Source: Bacteroidota bacterium
Lineage (GTDB): Bacteria > Bacteroidota > Bacteroidia > Chitinophagales > LD1
Assembly: GCA_026391075.1 (NCBI GenBank)
Contig: JAPLES010000023.1
Coordinates: 53,574-117,573, forward strand
Direction of reading: 5' to 3'
Length of the DNA: 64,000 bases
A program made the translations under genes and the position numbers. The stretch's first letter is position 1, and every line of letters starts with the position of its first letter. A model generated the notes under the pieces. It saw nothing but the letters and a program-made list of their open reading frames with translations. It was not told where the DNA came from and made no database searches. This document shows positions 10,064 to 18,505 of the stretch, in pieces.

Positions 10064-11785
10064 CTATAATTTCTTCACTTCAATATACATCAGGTCTTCG
10101 TTCACTTTAAAGTCGGTTTCCTTTTTTAGTTTAACAGTAGTGGTTTGAAATTCGTTGGTTCCCTTCAACATCTGCTTCGAATTTTCGATGGTAAAAACAA
10201 ACGCGGGCATTCTAAAATCCTTTGCATTAACCGCCCACCGATAGCTTAATTCGAATTCGCCTTTCTTCAGCTTTTTCAATTTGTATTCAAACACCGGAAT
10301 TTTCGGAAACTTCAAATACTGTTCAAAAACAGGCAACAAATCTTTTCCTGTTTTGCGGCAGAAATACATGGCCACGTTTTCATAACTCACATTCTTCATT
10401 TTAAAACTGGTGTCGCACATGCCTTTGATAATACTCCACCATTTTTCATCGTCATTTACAATAGAGCGCAGTGTATTAATAAACAACGCGCCTTTGCTAT
10501 ACATATCGCCATCGCCTTCTTCGTTTACTCCGTAAACTCCTGCCACCGGCTTTTCATTGCCCATGTGTTTCTTCTTTTTGTTGATGTATTGAATGGCGGT
10601 ATCGTGACCAAGCATGCACTCCACATAAATTGATTCGGTATAAGTGGCAAAGCTTTCGTGAATCCACATATCGGCAATGTCTTTACAACTTACACTATTG
10701 CCCCACCACTCGTGTGCACTTTCGTGAATGATGATGTAATCGAAATCGAGACCTATACCCGAGTAATCGTTACCGGCATAACCCGTGAGATATCTATTGC
10801 CATAAGCAATGGCGCCCTGATGCTCCATACCGAGATAAGGCGTTTCCACGAGCGCGTAACCATCTTTCCAGAAAGGATATTTGCCGAGATATTTTTCGTA
10901 GCACTTCAACATCGGCTTCACTTGCGTGAACTGCAATTTTGCTTTATCTAGATTGTAGCGCATTACGTAATAATCGAGCGCGAGTTTTGAATTATCATCT
11001 GCTATATACTCCTCACTGAACTGAACGTAATCGCCAATGTTGAGTGTAACATTGTAATTGTTGATGGGATAATGAACAAACCAATGAAACGAAGTAGTCG
11101 TATCTATTTCTTCGCGGCTTTCCATTTCATTACCATTTGAAATGCAGCGCAAACCATCGGGCACATTGCACCAAATGCTCATGCTGTCTGGTTCATCACC
11201 CAAATAATCTTTGCAGGGCCACCAGCAACTTGCCCCCATGCCTTCGCAGGCCACAGCAATCCAGGGTTTGCCGTTTTTATCGTGTGTCCAGGTGAAGCCA
11301 CCATCCCAGGGTGCGCGTTTAGCAATAATAGGTTTGCCATTGTAGCGAACTTCAATTTCGCCATTTAAGCCGCGTTTCATAAAATCATTCAAATCCACAA
11401 ACACAGCATTGAACTCTCTGCGGTATTTAACCGACTCACCGTTTTGTTTAATCGAAACAATATTCATGTTATCGAACAAATCAATTTGCATGGTTTTGAA
11501 ATCATCAATGGCTTTGAACACAATTCTGTTTGTTCCTGAAACAGATTGTGTGGCGGTATCGATTTTCACTTTCAAATCATAGAAAGTAACATCGTAGCAA
11601 GTGCGCTCGTGACGCAATCCTCCGCGCAAACTATCGGCACGGGTGTATTCTTTCTTTTGGTCAGTGAGGGATTGAGCGAAGGAAGGTTGAAGATTAAATA
11701 TTGAATATTGAATACAAAGAAAGATTGGAAGTACTTGTTTCCAACTCTTTTTTATTGACCGCTTTGCGTTGCTCTTGTATTTCAT
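10064..11785 (-). CDS. M1 family metallo-aminopeptidase
   Basis: GMEHQ, HESAHEWWGN, WIHESFATY, MYSKGA. Start uncertain (11785 or 11809) because the N-terminus is partly repeat-derived. Confidence 0.9.
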   Translation of the reverse strand: MKYKSNAKRSIKKSWKQVLPIFLCIQYSIFNLQPSFAQSLTDQKKEYTRADSLRGGLRHERTCYDVTFYDLKVKIDTATQSVSGTNRIVFKAIDDFKTMQIDLFDNMNIVSIKQNGESVKYRREFNAVFVDLNDFMKRGLNGEIEVRYNGKPIIAKRAPWDGGFTWTHDKNGKPWIAVACEGMGASCWWPCKDYLGDEPDSMSIWCNVPDGLRCISNGNEMESREEIDTTTSFHWFVHYPINNYNVTLNIGDYVQFSEEYIADDNSKLALDYYVMRYNLDKAKLQFTQVKPMLKCYEKYLGKYPFWKDGYALVETPYLGMEHQGAIAYGNRYLTGYAGNDYSGIGLDFDYIIIHESAHEWWGNSVSCKDIADMWIHESFATYTESIYVECMLGHDTAIQYINKKKKHMGNEKPVAGVYGVNEEGDGDMYSKGALFINTLRSIVNDDEKWWSIIKGMCDTSFKMKNVSYENVAMYFCRKTGKDLLPVFEQYLKFPKIPVFEYKLKKLKKGEFELSYRWAVNAKDFRMPAFVFTIENSKQMLKGTNEFQTTTVKLKKETDFKVNEDLMYIEVKKL

Positions 11786-11879
11786 TTGCTCATTTGCCAA
11801 TTTACTCATCTGCTAATTTGAATCTCCGAAATTGAAATAAATTGCCGACTTATTCGTGTTCACTAAAATGATTTAAGAA

Positions 11880-13115
11880 ATGTTGCAGTCAATTATCTTC
11901 TTCTCTATTGTGTTTTCGGTGTATGGTGCGTTTGAATATTACGGATGGCAGGCAGTAAGAACTGCTTTTCAGCCGCAGAATATTAAACAGGCAAAATGGA
12001 TTTACTGGGGGCTTTCAGCAACGCTGTTTATTCTGTTTGCATCGTATCGTCCTTTGCTTTACAAATATTTACCAAAAACATTTGCCATGTACTTTGCGCT
12101 GGTCTTTGTTTTGCTTTTATTGTGCAAACTCATTGTATTTTTATTTCTGTTTCCCGAAGATGTGGTTCGCTTCTTCAGATTCATCGTTTCTAAATTTTCT
12201 TCTTCCTTTTCACCTGTGCCTGGCGGAATTTCGCGCAGCGAGTTCCTTAGTAAATTTGCCTTGTTTGCAGCGGCTATTCCCGCAGCTACTTTAGTTTATG
12301 GTGTGGTGGTGAATGCTTACAACTATCGTTTTCGAAAAGTGGCAGTTAAGTATCCGAATTTGCCCGAAGCTTTTAATGGTTTTAAAATTATTCAGCTCAG
12401 TGATATTCACTCGGGAAGTTTTACCAAGACCGAACCGCTGGTGAAAGTGATTGAAAAAATAAATACGCTCAATGCCGATGTTATTTTGTTCACCGGTGAT
12501 TTAGTGAATAATGTTTCGAGCGAGATGGAGCCGTTTATGGAAGTGTTCAATAAACTGAAAGCGAAGCACGGTGTATTTTCTATTACAGGCAATCATGATT
12601 ATGGTGATTATGTTTCATGGGATACCGAAGCAGAGAAGCGCGCCAACTTTGAACAGTTTATAACCATACATAAAAATTTAGGTTGGGATTTGCTGCTGAA
12701 CGAAAACAGAATACTGGAACGCAACGGTGAAAAGATTGCGATTATAGGTATAGAGAACTGGGGCGGTGGTCACTTTGCCAAATATGGAAAGTTTGATGTG
12801 GCGTATAAAGGCACCGAGGAAATTCCTTTTAAGATATTGATGAGTCACGACCCATCGAGTTGGGATAATCGTGTGCGCAAAGAATTTCCTGAAACGGATT
12901 TAACCCTTAGCGGACATACACATGGTGCGCAGTTTGGTGTAGAAAACAAATGGCTGCGCTGGAGCCCTTCGCAATACATTTATAAGCAGTGGGCTGGTTT
13001 GTATAACGAAGGCAAACAATTTTTATATGTGAACCGCGGCTTCGGGTTTTTGTTTTACCCAGGCAGAGTGGGCATATTGCCGGAGGTGACGGAGATTACG
13101 TTATTGAGGGAATAG
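11880..13115 (+). CDS. membrane-anchored metallophosphoesterase
   Basis: SDIH, FTGDLVN, GNHDY, SHDP, SGHTHG motifs after three TM segments. Confidence 0.92.
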   Translation: MLQSIIFFSIVFSVYGAFEYYGWQAVRTAFQPQNIKQAKWIYWGLSATLFILFASYRPLLYKYLPKTFAMYFALVFVLLLLCKLIVFLFLFPEDVVRFFRFIVSKFSSSFSPVPGGISRSEFLSKFALFAAAIPAATLVYGVVVNAYNYRFRKVAVKYPNLPEAFNGFKIIQLSDIHSGSFTKTEPLVKVIEKINTLNADVILFTGDLVNNVSSEMEPFMEVFNKLKAKHGVFSITGNHDYGDYVSWDTEAEKRANFEQFITIHKNLGWDLLLNENRILERNGEKIAIIGIENWGGGHFAKYGKFDVAYKGTEEIPFKILMSHDPSSWDNRVRKEFPETDLTLSGHTHGAQFGVENKWLRWSPSQYIYKQWAGLYNEGKQFLYVNRGFGFLFYPGRVGILPEVTEITLLRE

Positions 13116-13153
13116 TTGACGGTTGGCGTTATAAACAAGAGCATATAACTAAA

Positions 13154-13855
13154 CTACTCCTTCACCAATTTTTTCGAAACAATTCCATTAGCTGTTTCTA
13201 ATCGCAGAAAATAAATTCCTGCACTAAGTTTCGAGGTTTCAATAGTTGCAGAGTCACCCGAAACTGTTTTTATTTGGCTTACGCAATCACCATTCAGGTT
13301 AAGCAACTTGATAGATTTTACAGCAGCTATTTCAATTCCTTCCACTGTGATTTCTGAAGTAAAGTGTGAAGGAAAAACTTTTATGCTTTCGTTCCTTGCT
13401 TCATTAATTCCTGTATTGCAAACGCCAGTGTAAGTAGCTAGATAACGTGGATGGATCACCGTTCCCGCACTATCCGATTTTAACCACATGGTTAATTCAA
13501 TATTTCCGTCTCCTGCGGCACAATTCGGTGTGCAAAGAAAATGCAGAAGATCCTGGGTGTGCGATGCAATATCAAATCGGTGAAGTTCACCCGTTTGATA
13601 AATAATATAACAACTCACTTTGTCGCATACACTCATTTCCCAATCAACGGGGTGGTTAATATCGCTAACGTACCAAAAAATACTGTCAGCCGAGTTGGTA
13701 TTGTTTTCAACAAAACCTGCTTCGGTAACTTGATCCATAAAGTTTACTAGCGCCATGTTACTCGTAAAAGTATCGTTAGGTGTAACCAGAATAGCCTGCG
13801 AAAAAGATGTAGAAAAAAATAACGCAAATGCAGCCGAGAGAATAATTTTTTTCAT
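13154..13855 (-). CDS. T9SS-secreted protein
   Basis: Signal peptide; C-terminal IKVFPS...LSAGIYFLRL...SKKLVKE. Confidence 0.8.
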   Translation of the reverse strand: MKKIILSAAFALFFSTSFSQAILVTPNDTFTSNMALVNFMDQVTEAGFVENNTNSADSIFWYVSDINHPVDWEMSVCDKVSCYIIYQTGELHRFDIASHTQDLLHFLCTPNCAAGDGNIELTMWLKSDSAGTVIHPRYLATYTGVCNTGINEARNESIKVFPSHFTSEITVEGIEIAAVKSIKLLNLNGDCVSQIKTVSGDSATIETSKLSAGIYFLRLETANGIVSKKLVKE

Positions 13856-13916
13856 GTTTTAGAAATTAAATGTGGCTTCGAAAATATGATTTGTAGGCAT
13901 AGTTTACAATAACATA

Positions 13917-15332
13917 CTACCTAATGAATTTTCCCGAACTAAAGTTATGCAGTTCATCTTCCACCCTCCATACAAAACAAGAAATTTCGAAACAAGATAA
14001 ATCAACGGAGAGGAAGTCCGAGAATTGCTTTTTAAAAAGTAAACGACCGCACACATCAAACAATTCAAATTTGCCTCCTGAAAAATTTTCAGATGAAATG
14101 ATTTTTACCTGTAATTTATCATTCGATGTTTTAAAAACTTTCACTTCAAAGGCAGAAGAAGTTAAAGATGAGACATCAGAAACCAAATCGTGCTCGGTAA
14201 AGTTATTGGTATAACCGGAGTCGCTGGTAAGTGCTAAATAAAAATTGCTTCCCGAAGTTCCTGCCAAAGCAAAAGAAGAATCATTGAGCATAATTTCCTC
14301 ATAGCAAATAGTCAAGTCGGTTTGTGGAAAATATTTTAACCCGATAGGATGAAACGCACTATCTAATTTAAGTAGATACGCGGTATATGGTGCACCGTTG
14401 TAAATCGAACTTGAATAGCCTGTAATAAAATATTGATGCGCTACATTTTCTGTCATTGCAAAACCTGCATCGCTTCCGTTACCACCCATGTATCGGCTCC
14501 ATAAAAAATTTCCTTGTACACTAATGGCTGCCAAATAAATATCAAACTCAAAACTTCCAGCAGTGGTCGATTCACCACATAAAATGAAATCACCGGCATG
14601 ATTAATCATTACCGTTTGATTTCCATTGTCGTTTATATCACCAATTACGCGATGCCAAATTTCATTTCCAGTTGAATCAATCAACAATAAATAATTATCA
14701 TAATCGTGTCCGTTGTAGCTATCGCCCGAAATAATGTAGTTGCCATCATTCGTGTGTTGAAGCATTTTTGCATAATCATTTTTGTTAGTGCCGTATTCTT
14801 TTTGCCACAAAATATTTCCTGCGCTATCAAATTTTACAATCAAAAAATCATTGGCAGTTAAACTGCTTTGCGAAATAAAACCACAGGAAATAAAACCGTT
14901 GTCACTTGTCTGCTCCACATACTTAAGCGATTCGTTTTTTGCTCCGGTTCCGTAAGTGTGTTCCCACAACACAGTTCCAAACGTATCAAGTTTCATAATT
15001 TCAAAATCAGTATTGCTTCCACTTACTTTTTCGTTTACAACAATCAATTGATTTGAATCCGTAAGATTTAAATAAGGTGCTTGAAAAATAGAAGAGTCTC
15101 CATACGCTTTCCACCACAAAACATTTCCTGCCTTATCTAATTTGGTCAAAACAGTATGAACAAATCCCGCGCTATCTTCTGCATTTCCCATAAAATAAAA
15201 TGAACCGTTCAACATTTTAACCGAACGACCATCAGCATTTAGCAGCGAATCAGTGAATAGTATTTGCAAATCACTTGAACGAACAAGCAACGACACAAAC
15301 AAAAAAGCAAGCGCAGAATAATTTTTTTTCAT
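13917..15332 (-). CDS. secreted beta-propeller repeat protein, probable T9SS cargo
   Basis: Repeated KxDxxGNxxWxKxYG blades; degenerate CTD (LFDVCGR...GKFIR). Confidence 0.7.
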   Translation of the reverse strand: MKKNYSALAFLFVSLLVRSSDLQILFTDSLLNADGRSVKMLNGSFYFMGNAEDSAGFVHTVLTKLDKAGNVLWWKAYGDSSIFQAPYLNLTDSNQLIVVNEKVSGSNTDFEIMKLDTFGTVLWEHTYGTGAKNESLKYVEQTSDNGFISCGFISQSSLTANDFLIVKFDSAGNILWQKEYGTNKNDYAKMLQHTNDGNYIISGDSYNGHDYDNYLLLIDSTGNEIWHRVIGDINDNGNQTVMINHAGDFILCGESTTAGSFEFDIYLAAISVQGNFLWSRYMGGNGSDAGFAMTENVAHQYFITGYSSSIYNGAPYTAYLLKLDSAFHPIGLKYFPQTDLTICYEEIMLNDSSFALAGTSGSNFYLALTSDSGYTNNFTEHDLVSDVSSLTSSAFEVKVFKTSNDKLQVKIISSENFSGGKFELFDVCGRLLFKKQFSDFLSVDLSCFEISCFVWRVEDELHNFSSGKFIR

Positions 15333-15336
15333 GGCG

Positions 15337-15371
15337 AAAAAAAAGCAGCAACGTTGAGGTTGCTGCTTTTT
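15337..15371 (-). terminator. intrinsic terminator after the Omp28 gene
   Basis: AAAAAGCAGCAAC-gttgag-GTTGCTGCTTTTT. Confidence 0.75.
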
Positions 15372-15391
15372 GTTTTCATAAGTGAATGTTT

Positions 15392-17296
15392 TTAGCGAAC
15401 AATATTAAACTGCTTGACAGCACGGCTACCGTTGATAGTCAACTGCAACACATAACTTCCTTGTGCTAACTGCGAAGTATTAATAGCAACAGGATTCACA
15501 CCTGAATTCATTTCGCTGTTCATTCCAATGAGCTTCTGCCCCATCAGATTAAATACTTCTAAAGAAACTTCAGAAGTACTGGTCAATGCAATTTGTGCAT
15601 TCAAAACATCTGTTGCAGGATTAGGGTAAACAGATGTCAACTGTGCAGCTACATCTTCAATACCTGAAACTACAGCACCGTATTGATAAATGTTGATGTT
15701 GTCAATGTAAAGGTTGTTTCCATAATCAGAAAGACCTTTGAAACGGATTAACACATCACTTTTATTCGCCACAGAAGTGAGTGAAGCAGAATCTGCTCTC
15801 CAATCATTTGCCGTGGGTGAGTAGCTAGCCTTGGTAGTGTCTGCAGTTTTTAAGGTAGAGCCATTCTTGCTGTAAATAGTTTGCCAAGTGCTGCCGCAAT
15901 TAGATGAAACTTCAATGTCTAATTGATCAACAGAAAAACTAGTTCCGGAATAAGGATACTGCGCATGTGCTCTGTCAAACTTTATTTTGGCGTTGTTGTA
16001 GCCGCTTAGATTAACTCTAGGCACATAGAGATTATCAACCTGCGCAGCCGCTGAATTATAGAAGTCCATTTTGTAACTCTTAGTTGAGCCGTTGCCTACA
16101 GAAGCAACAGTCCATGTATAACCGTTGTCTTGATTGTCAATCAACCAACCGCTCGGGCTACCCGCTTCAAAACCTTCAACTAGAGGTGCAGCAGTTGGCG
16201 AAGTTCCAATAGCGAAGGCCGCCTTAGCAGTATCATTTCCATGATTCATATCAGGCGCCCCATTTGGATCGCGAACAATGATTTTCAAAGTATGAGCGCC
16301 TCCGCTTATACCAGAAAGAGCCGCTATACTAACATTAGCTGATGAACCCATGGCCAATGCACCTACCCAAGGATAAGTGAATGAGAAAACGTTATCTACA
16401 TAAATATCCATGTTGGCATTCACCAACATTTGTGTCCCATTATTGGTCAAAACAACCGATGGCGCAAAACTTCCTGTACAACTAATAAAATTGTTTGAGA
16501 TTTGAGCGGGCTTAATATCATAAGTCAAGCTCATTGGATTGCTAATACCAGCCTGTTGAACAACTTTATTTCCATCATCCTGAATAAAAACAACAAAACG
16601 AATTTTTGTTTTGTCATAGATATATGCCGGTATTGGTCCAGAAAAATTTAGTGTTTGTGTGCTTGTTCCTGTCCATGAATCTGCTAATTGCGTTCCTAAC
16701 GCATTTGGATACATTTTACGCATTACATGGTGAAATTCAGTTTCGCCATTGCTTCCCGGAGGAGAAGCGAAATTCAAATCTTCAATCATGGCTACCCGTA
16801 ATTTTAATTTTGTTGTAGATGATACTGTGTAATTCATAGCTCCTGCAATAGTTACAGTGGCATAAAAGGAATCGGCATCTGCTGAAAACACAGGAGTTAC
16901 TTCTAAATTAAATGGCGAAGAAACAGCGGTACGATTGGTCAAGTATGATTGGTCACTAACCCAATAGTAAGGGTGAGTATCACCAGCAACGTCACTATTT
17001 GCACCGTCTTGTTCGCCCCAAGGAGCACTGTTTACACTGTAATAACTTTTACGCGCACCTGCATCGGTTGAATTTTGGTACCAAAGCGGACCTGCCGAAG
17101 GTATGTTCACCTGATATTTCAACAGAACAACATCATTTGGATATTGATCAAGCATTGCGTTAACATCAGGATTAATAGCTGCACAAGGACCGCAATTTTC
17201 ACCTGAAAATTCTTCATAAAGAACTAGACGAGTAGCTTGTGAGAACAATCCTAAACTTAGGAAAGCAAGCAAAGAAAAGAGTAAAAACTTTTTCAT
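15392..17296 (-). CDS. Omp28-related outer-membrane protein with T9SS CTD
   Basis: LYEEFSGENCGPC thioredoxin-like CXXC, HVMRKM, NNLYIDNINI, VYPNPA...GSY. Confidence 0.85.
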   Translation of the reverse strand: MKKFLLFSLLAFLSLGLFSQATRLVLYEEFSGENCGPCAAINPDVNAMLDQYPNDVVLLKYQVNIPSAGPLWYQNSTDAGARKSYYSVNSAPWGEQDGANSDVAGDTHPYYWVSDQSYLTNRTAVSSPFNLEVTPVFSADADSFYATVTIAGAMNYTVSSTTKLKLRVAMIEDLNFASPPGSNGETEFHHVMRKMYPNALGTQLADSWTGTSTQTLNFSGPIPAYIYDKTKIRFVVFIQDDGNKVVQQAGISNPMSLTYDIKPAQISNNFISCTGSFAPSVVLTNNGTQMLVNANMDIYVDNVFSFTYPWVGALAMGSSANVSIAALSGISGGAHTLKIIVRDPNGAPDMNHGNDTAKAAFAIGTSPTAAPLVEGFEAGSPSGWLIDNQDNGYTWTVASVGNGSTKSYKMDFYNSAAAQVDNLYVPRVNLSGYNNAKIKFDRAHAQYPYSGTSFSVDQLDIEVSSNCGSTWQTIYSKNGSTLKTADTTKASYSPTANDWRADSASLTSVANKSDVLIRFKGLSDYGNNLYIDNINIYQYGAVVSGIEDVAAQLTSVYPNPATDVLNAQIALTSTSEVSLEVFNLMGQKLIGMNSEMNSGVNPVAINTSQLAQGSYVLQLTINGSRAVKQFNIVR

Positions 17297-17373
17297 GAAT
17301 ATTTGGTTTTAGAATGTTTTAATAATCGAAAGTAGAAAGTAAGTGGAGAAAATGAAACCACTTAACAAATAAA

Positions 17374-18072
17374 TCATAGTAGTCCTTCATCGGCAAAACT
17401 CAGATAGTTTTTATCTCCAATAATCAGATGGTCAATTAAGGCAATGTCCATCAAACTCGCAGCATCCTTTATGTTCCTGGTTAATTTTTTATCGGCTTCG
17501 CTTGGTTGCAAATTTCCCGATGGGTGGTTATGAATGGCTACAATACCTGTGGCTAGTAATTCTAAAGCGTGTTTCAAAATTATTTTGGTATCGGCAACCG
17601 TGCCAGTTACGCCACCAGAACTTATGTTTTTAGAAGCTAGAATCTGATTTCGTCTATTCAAATACAAGACAAAAAATTTTTCATGTTTTAAATCAGCAAT
17701 TTCCGGATAGATGTAATCGAACGAATCGCGACTGGTGCGAATGATTGGCTTCTCGCGTACTTCACTCGATTGTCTTCTTCTGCCTAACTCCAGTGCCGCT
17801 ACTATCGTAATTGATTTGGTATCACCCAAACCTTTTTCCATTTTTCTCAATTCGGCAACAGACAATTTTCCTAATTCATTTAAATCGCCATTAACTTTGT
17901 GAAGAATTTTCTTTGCAATGTCCAATGCCGAACTACCTACAACACCCGTTCTAAGAAGAATAGCAATCAATTCGGCATCACTCAAAGTAGATTTCCCTTT
18001 CAGTAATAGCTTTTCGCGTGGTCGGTCTTCCTGTGCCCAACTCTTAATTGATAGAAAATCTTTTTCTTCCAT
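17374..18072 (-). CDS. radC: RadC / JAB-domain protein
   Basis: EDRPREKL, HNHPSG, LIDHLII; start set at MEEKD. Confidence 0.93.
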   Translation of the reverse strand: MEEKDFLSIKSWAQEDRPREKLLLKGKSTLSDAELIAILLRTGVVGSSALDIAKKILHKVNGDLNELGKLSVAELRKMEKGLGDTKSITIVAALELGRRRQSSEVREKPIIRTSRDSFDYIYPEIADLKHEKFFVLYLNRRNQILASKNISSGGVTGTVADTKIILKHALELLATGIVAIHNHPSGNLQPSEADKKLTRNIKDAASLMDIALIDHLIIGDKNYLSFADEGLL

Positions 18073-18083
18073 AGGTTGAAAAT

Positions 18084-18115
18084 AAAAAAGCCACCTCAAT
18101 CAAGAGATGGCTTTT
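18084..18115 (-). terminator. rpsT terminator
   Basis: Minus strand AAAAGCCATCTC-ttgatt-GAGGTGGC followed by TTTTTT. Confidence 0.75.
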
Positions 18116-18134
18116 GAAAATATTTTTCAAGAAA

Positions 18135-18395
18135 TTATTTCTTCTTTAAAGCAGCTACTTTTTTAGCTAAGCCCGATTTAAGGTTGCCGGCTTTGTTCTT
18201 ATGAATAAAACCACGCTTAGCTAATTTATCAATAAGAGCAGCCACTTTAGGCAATGCTTTTTTAGCTTCACCCTCTGCTTTTTCACCGCGGATATCACGA
18301 ATTGAATTACGGGTTGTTTTTGCCCAATATCTATTGAACAATCTGCGTTTTGCGTTCTGACGGCTGCGTTTTTCTGCCGATTTGTGATTTGCCAT
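18135..18395 (-). CDS. rpsT: 30S ribosomal protein S20
   Basis: MANHKSAEKRSRQ...IDKLAKRGFIHKNKA. Confidence 0.97.
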   Translation of the reverse strand: MANHKSAEKRSRQNAKRRLFNRYWAKTTRNSIRDIRGEKAEGEAKKALPKVAALIDKLAKRGFIHKNKAGNLKSGLAKKVAALKKK

Positions 18396-18420
18396 TGTAT
18401 TATTTTTTAAAAAGGGAGTG

Positions 18421-18428
18421 CAAATATA
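18421..18428 (-). promoter_or_regulatory. Bacteroidota -7 promoter box of rpsT
   Basis: TATATTTG on the minus strand is a perfect TAnnTTTG. Confidence 0.65.
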
Positions 18429-18505
18429 GCCGCGCAAATCATATTTCCAAACGGTTTTGCTTATTGCTACTTATCAGTTAGGTTCGCACCCCAATTTCAG
18501 CACTC

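Noticed and set aside
17374-18072. radC as a marker of a mobile or defence island
   Set aside because: Full-length chromosomal form beside rpsT, with no integrase or other mobile genes nearby
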